Source of the DNA: a virus
Lineage: Duplodnaviria > Caudoviricetes
Virus record (IMG/VR): IMGVR_UViG_3300021364_000005
Strand: one strand, 5' to 3'
DNA length: 64,000 nucleotides
In this document: piece by piece, positions 26,318-41,300 of the stretch
How the letters are laid out: every line of letters begins with the position of its first letter
Position numbering within the stretch: position 1 is the stretch's first letter
Program-made: the position numbers and the translations under genes
The notes under the pieces: model-generated
Told to the model about the DNA's origin: nothing
Databases searched by the model: none
What the model saw: the letters and a program-made list of their open reading frames with translations, nothing else

Positions 26318-29300
26318 ATGTCTGAGAATGACCAAAAAGAATATCCAGTAGATGGAAATAATGTTCCTTCTAGTAAATTTTTACCAAGATATTTTAGAAC
26401 ACTTCCTAACAAAAAGTTTTTATCTGCAACGTTTGACCAAATGGTGCAGACAGGTACAGCTGAAAAATTAAATGCATACTATGGAGACACTGTTGCACCT
26501 GGATACAATACAAAAGACCCATACGTAACTGATGATATAAAAATTAGAAATGATTATCAGTTTTCACCTGGTACAGTTATTGAAGATGATTTAGGCAATG
26601 TAAATTTCTATAAAGACTACATTGATTACATAAACCAAATTAAAAATCTAAAAGGGACTGTAGACAATCATAACAATCTAAACGAAGCTGAATTTTATAG
26701 TTTAAATCCTCATATAGATGCTGATAAGTTTGTTAACTATAGAGAATACTATTGGTTAGCGTATGGTCCACAGTTAGTTAATGTAGCTGGTCAAGGAAAA
26801 GAAGTTGTAAGTACGTTTACAGTTACAAAGAAAGACAATGTAGATAACTTTTCATATGTGTTTAGTCCAGATGGAATAACTGATAATCCTGACATTCAGC
26901 TTATCAGAGGTCAGACCTACACATTTGAAATAGATGCTCCTGATATGCCAATGACAATTAGAACACAGCGTCCAGGCACAAGCGAATTTTCTTACACTGA
27001 TGGTGTTACACAAACAGAAACAGGATTTACTTTCAAAGTTCCTGAAAATGCACCAGAGGTACTATTCTACGTAAACGAAAACGATATAAATGCAAGCGGT
27101 GTATTTAAGATTATAAATGCAGAAGATAATTCAGAAGTCGATGTTGATTTAGAAGTTATTGGCAAGAAAGCATATAAAGGCGGTAATGGTGTAGAATTAT
27201 CTAATGGAATGAAAATTAGATTTACTGGAGATGTAACTCCTGCAAAATATGCAGAAGGAGAATGGTACGTTGAAGGAGTAGGTGATAAGATAGTTCTTAT
27301 TAGTGCAAATGATTTGTTTATACCTACTACTAATTTACAAGATGTAGATGTTCCATTTGATGCTAATAATTTTGATAGATTACCGTTTGATGATGCAAGC
27401 GGTTTCCCTGCACAAAAAGATTACATAGTAGGAAACAGATGTAGTAGAGATACAAACTACTGGGCAAGAAGCAATAAATGGTTTCATAAGTCTGTCATTG
27501 AAGCTTCAGCAGCAGCTAATAAACAACCTGTAGTTTTAAATGAAGCTCTAAAAGCAAAAAAGCCTATTATAGAATTCAATCCTCATTTACGTTTACATAA
27601 TAGTGGTACAATAAAAAAGCTAGATGTTGATCTAGTAGATACTATTACTACTGATGTATTTTCTACAATAGAAGGAAGTTCTGGATATAATATTGATGGA
27701 ATAGATATCGTTGACGGAATGCGTATTTTGTTTTTAGGTGACACTGATGTACTAGTCAAGAACAAAATTTATGAAGTTAAATTTATACGTTTTATTAACA
27801 ATAGACAACTTACTTTACAGCCAACAGAAGACACAGATCCTTTAGTAGGAGAAACGCTGCTTTGTAAGCAAGGCACAGATAACAAAGGATATATGTATTG
27901 GTTTGATGGCACAACTTGGAAACGATCACAAGAAAAACCTACAGTAAATCAATCTCCTTTATTTGAGTTGTATGATAATGATGGTATTCAAATAAGCACA
28001 CTTGAGAGTGTGTCTCAATTAGGAACCAAAATTTTCTCATACAAAACTGGTAATGGTGTAAATGATCCTGAATTAGGATTTCCACTAAGTTATAGAAGTC
28101 TTGAAAATATAGGTGACATTGAATTTGAATTTAATTTATTAAGCGATGTAATTACATACCAAAGACAAAATGTTACAGAAAGTATTGAAAGTGATCAGTT
28201 ACTTTTAAGAAAATATTCAGATAGAGAAAACTTTGAATATGTTAATGCTTGGGTAAAAGGTAAAGAACTATCTGTACAACCTGTAATTAGAGAATATTTT
28301 GCTGAAATAGATCAAACTAATTTTGATATTGATGTTTATGAAAATAGTGCTAATGTAACTGATTTATGGATAAGAGTCTATCAAAATAATAAATTGCTTG
28401 TAAACACTAAAGATTATGACATTGTTAATTTTGATAATATGGCAACTGTTGTTTTAAAAAACAAAGCATCAGAAAATGATCAGATTATAATCAAAACAAA
28501 TAGTGCTAATGCAAAAACAAATAATGGACATTATGAATTACCTACTTCGGTAGTCAATAACCCAAATAATGAAAATATAACACAACTAACCTTTGGCGAA
28601 TTTACAGACCATGTAAGAACTATCGTTGAAAGTTTAGAAGATATTGGCGGAATTTTTCCTGGACAAAGTAATTTACGTGATGCAGGAAATGTTTACGACA
28701 GGGGAACTAAATTTGTTCAACATAGTGGAATGTTTAATTTAGCAAATTTCCACCTTATAGATGATAATGCAAATATTATTAAAGCAATAGAGTTTGCAAA
28801 ACGTGAATACGGAAAATTTAAGCGTGAATTTTTAGATGTTGCAAATCAATTAGGGTTTGATGGCGATATTAAAGATCATGTAGATGCTGTTTTAGAAAGA
28901 ATTGCAAAAGATAAAAACAACTCTATGCCATTTTACTTTAGTGATATGATTGGGTACGGTAAAGGTTTTGAAACACAACATAAAGTTTTTGATGAAAATA
29001 ATAGATTTTATCCTTTATCACAAAAATTCAATTTAAAAGAACTATCTACTAGGGCAGTTTGTGTTTATCATAATAGAGTACAGATAGCACACGGTCAAGA
29101 TTACACTTTTAATGATGATGGGTTTATTGTTTTAGATGACAGACTTGTTGTTAATTACAATGATACAATAGACATAGTTGAATATAGTTCAACTGACGGT
29201 TCTTATATTCCTCCTACACCAAGCAAGTTTGGGCTATTTCCTAAATATGTTCCAGGAAAATATCACGACCATACTTTTTTAGAAGCACAAAATGTTGTGC

Positions 29301-32300
29301 AAGGGCACGATGGTAGTATTACTATTGCATACAACGACTTTAGAGACGATTTACTTGTTGAACTAGAAATGCGTATATTCAATAATATAAAAGTTGAATA
29401 TGACGAAAGTATTTTTAACATACATGATTACATAGGTGGAGAATACAGAACAACAAAGTTTTCACAGCAACAGATAGATAATCCATTTATTGACGATTTT
29501 ACAGATTGGCTACAGCTTGTAGGTAATCCAGACTATACAGAATACGATTCTTTCTTTAGTCAAGCTAATCCTTTCACATTTAATTATAGTGCAAGTAATT
29601 CCGCAAATAATAATAGCTTACCAGGATTTTGGAGAGGAATATACAAGTGGGCATATGATACTGATCGTCCGCATTCTCATCCTTGGGAGGTTTTAGGTTT
29701 TAGTATAGAACCTAATTGGTGGAAAGAAGTTTACGGCCCTCGTCCGTATACTGTAGACAATGTTCCGTTATGGACAGATTTAGAAAAAGGTATTGTTAGA
29801 GAACCAGGAAAAGCTGTTAGATTTAGAAGTAAATTTGCTAGACCAGGATTAGCAAGTTTTCCTCCTGCAGATAGTAGAGGCGAAATACAAAATCCTTTAA
29901 ATAGTGGATTCCTAAAAAATTACGCCAACAGTCAAATTAAAACTAAATTTAAGTTTGGCGATCAAGCACCAACAGAAGCAGCTTGGAGACGTTCTAGTGA
30001 TTATCCATTTGCTTTATTAAAAAGCATGATTATAAACAGACCTGTACATACGTTTGGTATTGCTTTTGATAGAAGCAGAGTAAAAAGAAATTTTGCTGGA
30101 CAGTTGGTATATGGTGATACTAATAAAAGAATTAAAAAAGAAACTATTGCATTTCCTAATAGTTTAAGCTCAACAGACAGAGTGCAAACAGCAGGATTAG
30201 TAAATTACGTTGCTGCATTAATACAGAACGATGTATCTACTCAATATGACGAATATGTTTCTAATATCCAACGTGTAAATAACAAACTTGGATTACGTGT
30301 TGGCGGCTTTACAAATAAAGAAAAATTTAACTTATTATTAGACAGCAGGTCTCCTTTTAATACCACAAATGTTTTTATTCCACAAGAGAATTATAAAGTC
30401 TTTCTTAACAAATCTACTGCGTTTGACGTAGTTACGTATAGCGGTGTTATAATAGAAAAAGTAGCAAGCGGATTTATTATAAGAGGATATGATAGATTTA
30501 ATCCTGTATTTCCTATATATCAATCTGTTCCTGCAAGTAACGATCCTGTAATGCGTGAAGGTGGTACAAGCGAGAACTTTATAGATTGGGATGAAAACAA
30601 ATTATATTTACAAGGAAACCTTGTAAGATATGAAGGTAGATTTTTTAGAGCTAGAGAAGAACATACATCAAGCGAAAGATTTGATGCAGATTTATTTGTT
30701 GAAGTAAAAGAAGTTCCGGTAGTAGGCGGAGTAAATGTAACTGTGCCGCAAAACTTTAGAGAGCATTTATCATATGTTGATTACGGAACAACATATGCCA
30801 CTGTTCAAGAAGTAATTAACTTCATTGCTGGATATGAACAACACTTAATTAAATCTGGATTTATATTCAACTCTTATAGTCCCGAAAGCGAAACAATACA
30901 AAACTGGCGCATGAGTATGAAAGATTATCTATTCTGGACTACACAAAATTGGCAAGAAAATAGCGTCATTACACTTAGCCCATTAGCAGAAACTGTAAAA
31001 TGGTTTAAAGATGGATATATTGTTGATAATATTTTTAATGAGATTTATGCAACTGCACCATTGAATAGTAATGGCAGACCTATAAATCCAAAAAATTTAA
31101 GTTACAGTAGAGTTGAAAAAGAATTTATTTTACAACCTAAAGATACAAATGAAGGTATCTATCTAGCAAAATTACCTTTAACCCAAAAAGAACATATTGT
31201 TCTACTTGATAACAAAACTATATTCAAGGATGTAATATATAATAAAGAGCAGGGCTATAGACAACAGCGTATTAAAGTTATTGGATATAGATCAAGTGAC
31301 TGGGACGGAAGTATTAACGTACCTGGATTTATAATCGACGATGTAACTATATTAGATTGGAATGAAAATACAGATTATAGTATAGGCGATGTTGTAAAGT
31401 ATAAAAAAGATTATTATGTTGCAAAAGAAAATGTTCCGGGCAATACTACATTAGACTTAAATTATTGGGAAGTATTATCAGGTAAACCTGAAAACGGATT
31501 GTTTCCAAACTTTGATTACAAAATAAATCAATTTGCAGATTTTTATGATTTAGATACAGATAATTTTGATATAGAACAGCAAAAAGTTGCCCAGCATCTT
31601 ATTGGCTATCAAAAACGTGAGTACTTACAAAACATTCTTAAAGACGATGTTAGCCAATACAAGTTCTATCAAGGATATATTCAAGATAAAGGCACAAAAA
31701 ATGCACTAACAAAGTTATTTGATGCACTAAGTTCGTCAGGTGAAGATAGTTTAGAGTTTTATGAAGAATGGGCTGCAAGAGTAGGTTCCTATGGAGCCAC
31801 AGACGGCATTAAAGAACTAGAGTTTATTTTAGACGAATCTAAATTCCAATTAGATCCGCAGCCTATCATTATCACAAACAGAGACGAAGGCAGAGCTTTA
31901 GATCTTGTTTATAGACAGCCTATTACTGATGTATACTTGGCACCCGAAGATTATGATTATAGAAATGTATTTCCTACAAAGAATTTAAAACAATATGTTC
32001 CAACTGCTGGCTATGTTAATTCAGACGATGTTGATTATGAAATAGCAACCTACAATGATATTTTAACACTTGATGCAGCATCTATATTAATAGATCAATA
32101 TGTGTGGGTCGGTTTAGATAAAGATAATGACTGGAATGTATTCAAGGTTGAAAATACTGATTTAAAAATTGGTATTAATGACTACCAAACTGATACAAGG
32201 CTAACATTTTATAAAGAACATAATTTAGAAATTGGCGATATTTTTATCATAGCTACAGAAAAAAGTGGTGAAGAAAAGTTAGTTAAAGTTAAGAATATTG

Positions 32301-35300
32301 AAAATGAATATGTCACTATTGATAAAATAGATATTACTGAAACTGACGTACCTATTAGGAAGTTTGTATCTAAAAGATATACTAATATAAGTAATTTTGC
32401 AGCAGCAGTTGATAGCACTACTATTAACGATTTAGCATGGGTTGACCAAGTAGAAAATGAAAATACTTGGGGAGTTTACGAAAAAGGAAGTTATAATTAT
32501 AGCAAAGTTTCCGAATTAGATAATACAGGAAAAACAGGATATTACTTTAATGATATATCTTCTGATCAAAGAAATGTTTTACTTGCTGTAGGATATACAG
32601 GTGATAATCAAGTTGAGGTGTTTTCAAGAGCAACTGATACTTCTAACTTAGTAATAGAAGGTAATATACTCGAAGATACAACAGTAGCAAGTAATCAAAG
32701 TTTTGGTAGTAGTGTTGCAGTTAGTCCTGACCAGAAGTATATTGCTGTAGGAAGCCCTGATGCAACAAGTATTAAAACAAACCTTATAGGTTCATGGAAT
32801 CCAAACACAGCGTATGCAGTTGGTGATATTTTAAAACACAACAATAGGTATTGGACTGCGCAACGACCAATACTTGCTAGTTCAGGTCCTCAATCTTATA
32901 ATACCTACGAACCATATCCTATACTTAAAGATAACTTATCCGATAGTACTGAAGCTAATTTTTTAGTTGCAGGAAACTATCCTCTTACAAATACAAGGGC
33001 TAACCATTTTTTAATTAGAGCAACAGATGTACAATTTAGAGCAATACCGGTAGGGAGTACTCTACATTTACATTGGAACAGGTTTAGCGTAAGCCATATT
33101 AATCCAACTTTACGAAGAGATCCTTTTGAAGGCACAGTAACTGGTTTAGATTATAATTGGCTTACAGGTGCTCATGTTATTTCCGATAAAGTAGATATGA
33201 TTCTTAATATTCCTTTTGCTTTGCTTTCGGTTGCAGTTGGTGATATATTGCAAACAAGCACAGGTGAAGGAGAAATAAATTATGTTTATCAAAACGGAAA
33301 TGGATTTATAGTATATCTAAAAAATACAACAGGACAATTTGCAGCTACAGGAAAAATTTATAATTCAGCTAATGACGAGATTGGCGATTATGAATACGAA
33401 ATACCAGACGATACGCATACAAGTTTAGGCGGCTATTGGATGATTAGTACTAATAGTATTAGTGCAGGCGGTGTAGACTTTATAGATGTAATAGTTGATA
33501 ATTCTCCAGGGCTTATTATTAAAGATGTAAAGCAAGCAGGAGATTTGACTGCTGTAGAAAGTTACTACAATGTTACTGAAGATGTTGGTGTCGTAGGAAC
33601 TATATCCAATGGCAACGAAAAAGTATCACTTATAGGTAAGTTTAAAGACCCAGATACAGGATATCCTGCTCCAAGCGGATACGAATATAGAAATTTATGG
33701 TTTGTAAGACTAGGGTCTACAGCTCCTACATTTAATATTGGCGATTCGATTAGATTACAAGAAAATACTTTCTTGCAAGATATAGAATGGGAAAATGAAT
33801 TTCCAATAATAAATGATAACAGTGATCCAATTTTTGATAATAACCACGAAGTTGTGGAAAAAATTGACGGTTATATAAGAATTCAATTACAACCAGATCA
33901 AGTAGGAACGCATAACTTTGTAAAGGGCGATCAATTAGAAGATGCTAACACTGGCGCAATTTTCAATATATTCCATGCTACTATTGATGCTGGGTTTTTA
34001 ACGCAGACATTGTATGTTAATATTGACGGTACAAGTCCTGTTCAAACATTTAGTAACGGTAGCGATTATGGCGACAGCACAAGAGTTATTCGCAGACGTA
34101 GCGGAGAGGTAAACAGAGACGCAGGATTTATGCAAGAATCAAGTGTAGCAACAGCAGGCGGTTCGATATCTCCTTTATATGTTTTTGATTCAAGACAGCA
34201 CCTTGCTAATCCTGCACTAATTAATTATGATTTGCCTGTCTACGGCACTGATTTATATTATGGTGCTGAATACTGGATTAGACCTCAAGGTAGAACAGAA
34301 CTAGGCGATGCTAGAGCAGCAAATGAACCTACACCAAATAATGCGGATTGGTTACTTACAACTAGCATTGATGTAATACCTACAGGCGGAACATTATATA
34401 CAGGAACAGGATTTGTAAGTGTTTATGAAAGACAAGATATAGGTGTATATGCATTAGAGAAAAGATTTGTTTTACCTTTCAATTTTGCTAATGTTGGTAA
34501 AAATTTAGATTTCAAAATTGTTAATGGTACATATGTCCTTTTCGTAGGTGCTCAAGATAAATTACTATTTGTTAAAAAAGGAACTGAAGGAAGTAGAACA
34601 TTTAATTGGGAAGTAAGTTTAGATAAAGACTTTAGAGATGTATTCTCAATGAGTGCTGAATATTATATAGGCGATGTTGTAATTTATAATGCCGAATTAT
34701 ATAGAGCAAAAACAAATATAGCAAGCGGCAGTTCATTTAATATTCTAAATTGGGACTTAATAGATAACGATATTGATTATACAGGTTATGTTCCTAGACC
34801 TACTACAGTTGCTGGTAATGATAGTAGCTTACTTTCGTTGTTTACTGATATCGATAGTGTAGCTGCTGATTATGAACTTAGCGATAACGGACAAGTCCTT
34901 GCATTATATGCAACAAGAGATGATACAGATCCAAATGTTACACAAAATGATAAAATAGCTGTTTATAGATATGTAGATAATGCATATAGACTACAAAACG
35001 TTATAGATATTCCAGACGATAGTGTTAACGATCAGGAGTATAAGCATAATTTTTCAATGTCTTCGGATGGATCAAAAATTGCAGTTGGATTATATAAATC
35101 CGATGCAAATGGTTTATACGATGCAGGAAAGGTTTTAGTTTACGAATATCAAAGTGCATCACTTGGTTGGATTTTAATTGACACAATTATTAGTCCATCT
35201 AACGATGATTCTGAAAACTTTGGTTATGATGTTGCTTTTGTAGGGAACAGTTTAGTAGTAAGTAGTTTGTACGGAGATAATAGAAAAGACTGGACACTAT

Positions 35301-38300
35301 CAGATAATACTACATTTGATAATGGATTTACAAGTTTTTATCTTAGTGATAATATTGATGTAGGCAGCGTATACGTTTATGATTTGTTACAAGGCAAATA
35401 TATATTTGCTACTAGAATTGATACAAGTGTTAATCTTACTAAAGATTTAAGGAAAAACGGATTACATCTTTACGGGCTAAACGGACACGAAACTCTTTGT
35501 GATTATAAATTTAATAATCAAACTATATGGAATAGGAAGCGCCAGCAATTAAGGGTTGTAGATATTGATAAATTTAAAGGTCCTTTCCTTTACGATAAAT
35601 CTACCAAGGAAATGATTAATTACATTGATATAGTTGATCCTATTCAAGGTAAAATTGCAGGCCCTGCAGAGCAAGAATTAAGATTTAAAAGTCATTGGGA
35701 TCCTGCAATCTTTTCTAATGCAGACGAAGCTGATACAAATATAATTGTTGACAAATTCAAGGCCTGGGGCCCAGAACAAACAGGATACTTATGGTGGGAT
35801 TTATCAACAGCAAGATTTAAAAATCCATACCAAGGCAGCGCAATTTACCAGTTAAACAATTGGAATACATTATTTACAGGTGCAAGCATTGATGTTTATG
35901 AATGGGTAGAATCAGATTATGACCCTGAAAACTGGACAGCTCTTGCAGACACAGAAGAAGGATTAAACGAAGCAATAAGTGGACAGCCTAAATACGGTAT
36001 TGACACATATTCTTTAAAGAAGAAATACGATCCAATCACTCAATCTTTTGTTAACAAATATTATTTCTGGGTAAAGAATAAAAAAACATTGCCTGCTTTA
36101 AAAGAAAGAGTTACTACTGCATTTGATGTTGCAGCGTATATTGCAGATCCTAGATCTGTCAACTATAAGTATGCTGTTTTATTGACATCATTTAGATATG
36201 CTGTACTAAATTCTAGAGCAGATATAAAAGATAGAGATACAGTTGTAAACTTTACATGGCACACTTTAGAAAATAAAGATCTTAATATTCATAATCAGTA
36301 TCAACTTATAAGTGACGGGTTATACACAAGTAAACCTAATGCAGAGCTTGTAACAAAATGGTTTGATAGCTTAGTAGGATTTGATAAAAATCTTAAAGAA
36401 GTTCCTGATCCTATGTTATCACCAAAGCTAAAATACGGCACATTGTCTAGACCAAGACAAAGTTGGTTTGTAAATAGACTTGAAGCATTAAAGGTAGTAA
36501 TTGAACGTGCAAATCTTGCTTTACGTAAAAAAGTTATTGTAGATGATTTTGATTTTACTGCTTTAAATTCTTACGATGAAGAGCCAAGTCCAAGTTCAAG
36601 AGAGTATGATTATGTAGTTGACACTGAAATAGATTTACAGTTTATAGGCGTAAATAATTTTAAACAAGCTGTTCTCACTCCTGTTTGGACTAACGGCAGA
36701 CTTACTGATGTGATCATAACAAATCCTGGATCAGGTTATATTGATCCTAGTTACACAACAGGAACAAGAAAAGGACCTCTAGTTAAAGTAGTAGGCACAG
36801 GTACTGGAGCAGAAGTAGAATGTACTATCAACTCCTTTGGAAGTATTACAAATGTAAGGATCGTTTCGTCGGGTGAAGGTTATGCTGACACAGGTGTTTT
36901 AAGCATAAGAGGGCTTACGGCATTAGTTAACGCAGATAGCACAATTAACAACAAGTGGGCGATCGCTGAATATGCTCCATCTACTCAACTTTGGAATAGA
37001 AAAAGCACACAGAATTTTGACACAAGATTGTATTGGAAGTATGTAGACTGGTTTGCATCAGGATATAATCAATTTACCGAGCCGACATTTATTTTAGAAT
37101 ATTCATACGAGTTAGAATCATTACAAGATAGAATAGGAGATGTTGTAAAGATTAACAATGTAGGAACAGGAGGATGGTTACTTCTTAAAAAGGTAGATGA
37201 TCAAGATAGTGTAGATTACAGTGTAAATTACGAAACAGTTGGTAGACAAAACGGAACTATTGAAATTGATAAAGGGTTATATGACTTCAGAGGAACAATA
37301 AGTGGGTATGATGGTTACAGTTACGATATAACAATTTATGATGGTGTACCTATTTCTGAAACAAGAATAATATTAGAAACTTTATTCAATAGTATATTTG
37401 TTGATGATTTAGCTATAGAATACAATAAAATATTCTTTGCAAGTATTAGGCATATATTCAGTGAAGGCCAAACACCTGACTGGTTATTTAAAACAAGTTT
37501 TGTTAAGGCAAAACATAATTTTGGCAGCTTAGATCAAAAAACACATTTCCAAAACGATAATCTTTCAAGTTATGAAAGCTATATTAGAGAAGTTAAGCCT
37601 TATAAAACACAAATTAGAGAATACATCAGTGCTTATAATAAAATAGATCCAAGTGCATCTAGGGTAACTGATTTTGATTTAATGCCTTGGTATGATCCTG
37701 CCAAAGGTAAAATTGCACCACAAGTGACACAAGTTAAAGATGGTGTCATAACCGTTGATAATAATTTAGAATATCCTTGGAAGAGCTGGATTGACAATGC
37801 AACTTACTATGTAGATAGTATAGAAGTTGTTGATGGCGGATCTAACTTCACCATGGAGCCTCAAATTACATTAGAAGGAGGTGGCGGAGAAGGTGCAACT
37901 GCTAGAGCCTATATTAGTAGAGGTAAAATAACTTCAATAGAAGTGTTAACAAATGGATCAGGATATGTATCAGCACCTACTGTAGTTATTAATGGTAGTC
38001 AAACTGAAGGCGGAACACCAGCCATAGCAGTGTCAAGAATTGAAAATGACACTGTAAGGAAAATTAAAACCACTATGAAGTTTGATAGAACTAGTGGTGA
38101 ATTTGTTTATTTAGATTTATCAAAGACAGAAACATTTACTAGTTTAACAAACCAATTTAAATTTGACTTAAAATGGCCAATTGATTTTGCTGAGGAATTA
38201 GAAATTGATATAGATGGTGCAGAAGTTTTAAGTAGTTTATATACTATAGGAAATGAACAAGATAAAACATTTAATGAGTATTATATTGAAAGAGGATTTG

Positions 38301-41300
38301 TTGAATTTACAGAACCGTTAGATCCAAATCAAATTGTTACTATAAAATATAATATATCTCCTGCGTTATTAAAAGCATCTGATAGAGTGCATCATTTCTA
38401 TAAACCGATATCAGGAATGCCGGGCTACGACCAAGTAGTTAAAGACCTAAGTCAAGTTATGCAAGGTATAGATTACGGTGGCGTAGAAATCACGAGTTTT
38501 GACTTTGATACTGATGCAGGATGGGATTCAGATGGTTGGTATACAAGTGCGTATGATCAGTTTGACGGGCTGTATGAAGATATTGTATTTAGAGCAGACG
38601 GATCGACAAGATCTGTAACATTGACTACACCTTTAGAATTAGGAACAGTTTACAATCTTTATCTTAATGGTGTAAAGGTTGATGATCCTAACTTTGGAAC
38701 TGCGCAACAAACAAATATAAATGCATTAGGAAGTAGTATTACAGGCGACGGAACGTCTACAGAAATTGATGTAAGTAATTATAACATCCAAGACGGCGAT
38801 GTTTTCATTATTAGAAAAATTACTAGTGACGGAACATTTATACCAGACGGAGCAAGCTACGATGCACAATTATCCGGTGGTAACTTTTCCTATGGTAATG
38901 CTAAAGGAATAACAGCAGGCGAAATAATTGTTGACGGTGACGGATTTGTTACTCCTACTACAAGCAGAAGTACAGACGAACACGTTCCAGGACAAGTTTT
39001 AGATACAGTAGATATAAAAGTTTACGAAAGAATAAGTAATGGCCAAGGGGTAATTGTTTCAAGAATACATTATTTCAACGCAGATGAAGAAGAACAAATA
39101 TTAGCAACAAAGCAGTCTGAATTAGCAAGTTTAAATGTAGATTATACAACTGAAGAATCTGATCTTGAAAGTTTTAATTCACAACTTGCTACACTTCAAA
39201 CCGAACTTGCAACTTTAGAAACAGAACGAGACAATTTACAAGCATATGCTGATAGTATTGATCTAACAACATCTGAATATCTTGCTTTACAATCAGAAAA
39301 AACAGATTTAGAAGATGATATTGCAACAGCGCAATCAGAACTTTCTTCGCTACAAAGTCAATTAAGTACTGCCCAAGGAGATCTTGCTAATTTAGAATCT
39401 CAAAAAACATCTGTAGATTCTCAGCTTGTTACAGCGCAGCAAAATTTAGCAACAGCCCAGGGTGAGCTATCAAGTTTACAGCAACAATTAAGTGCTGCAC
39501 AGGCAGACTTGCAAAATTATTTGCCCTCTGATCCTGAGTACGGGCAAATACAAGCGTTAATACAAAGTTTACAATCTCAGATTACAGCTAAAAATGGACA
39601 AATTAGTAATCTACAGTCTCAAATTTCTAGCTTACAGAGTCAGTCTAGTTCTTTAGCAAGCCAGATTGCAAGTAAACAAAGTGAGGTAACTTCGTTACAA
39701 GGACAAGTAACATCTAAGAACACTCAGATAACTAGTTTGCAAAATGATTTACAAACAGTTAACACTGAAATAAGCGATTATCAGCAAGCATATAATCTTG
39801 CATTAGCTGATGTGTCTGCTAAAGAAGGTGAAATAAGTAATAAAGAAACTGATATTAGTATTAAACAAGGACAGATAGCAACACAGAATACTTTAGTTAG
39901 CAATATTGAAAACGCAATAGCAGCAAAAGAAGTAGAAGTAGATCAAGCACAAGCTGCAATTGATGCGTTATTGGTAGATTACGATATTGGTATAACACCA
40001 TTAAAACAAGAAAACTTAATTGTAAGATTTAGTAACGGAACTGATGACAATAGAATATTAGATTATTCAGAATATACTGTTAACTACTCTGCAAAAACAA
40101 TTAGTCTTAAGAATGCACCTCCAAGTAGAACTACTATAAACACATTAGTAGTAGGTAGCAATGGTAGTGAAATATTAGACAGTGGAAGATTTATTGGTGA
40201 TGGAAGCACAACTGAATTTTTAACTAAACTTACATATCAAGAAAATTTACAAGCTGTAATTACTGTAAACGGAATTCAACGAAGTGCAAAAGCTTCAGAA
40301 GGAAAAGCAGCAGATGTAGAAATACTTATGAGCAGCGATGATTATGAATTAGAAAACGCTGTACTATTAAGTTTTGGCGCTGCACCAAAAGCAGGAGATT
40401 ACATCAATTACATAATATTTGGTAGCGATACTGAAACATTTAGTGAAGTAATTATTGATGATTTCCAAGCTGACGGAAGTACTGCAACATTTGAACTAAC
40501 GCAGCAGCCTTATAACAAGCAGCCTGCGGATATTCATACTTTAGTTCTAGTAGGAAATAACGTACTAGATACAGGATATAACACAAGATTTAATAAGACA
40601 AGTGCAAAGTTTTATCCTCTAAGTCAGCAAAACATACCTTACTACAGTAAAAATCCGCAGGAAATTATTGTTTATGCAAATGGTATTTTACAAACACATA
40701 CAGAAAGTTACAGATGGTATACTGAAAATAGTACATTAGAATTATTTGATGGAAAGTTTGCTACAGATGATGTTATAGAAGTTTATACAAAAAATGAAAA
40801 TTATGAAATTAGTAATTCATTCATTACATTAAGTAATATACCAACAGCTGGTACCATTAAAGTATTCCAATTTAGTAATCATGATTTGCTAGAAATAAAG
40901 CGTTCTACTCAAACAGTTTTGAAGAGAGCAACACTTGTTGTTGGTACAGATGATTGGAGAGAATATAGTGATGGTGCAATAGGAAGAATACGTTTAGAAA
41001 ATCCAGTGATAAATGAAAATTATGTATGGATTGCATTAAACGGAACACTGTTAAGTCCAAACACAGATTATGGATTGCTACCTGATTACAAAACAGTAGA
41101 AATTTATAAAGAAATACAAGAAGGTAACGAAATAGATGTAATTCACTTTAGTGGCGATGTATCAAGTGAACGTTTTGGATACAAACAATTTAAAGATATT
41201 TTAAATAGAACACACTACAAGAGAATTAATGCCCAAACTGAAACTGTTTTAGATCAACCTCTGGCGCAAAATGATTTAAGAATATATGTTAAGGATGGAA

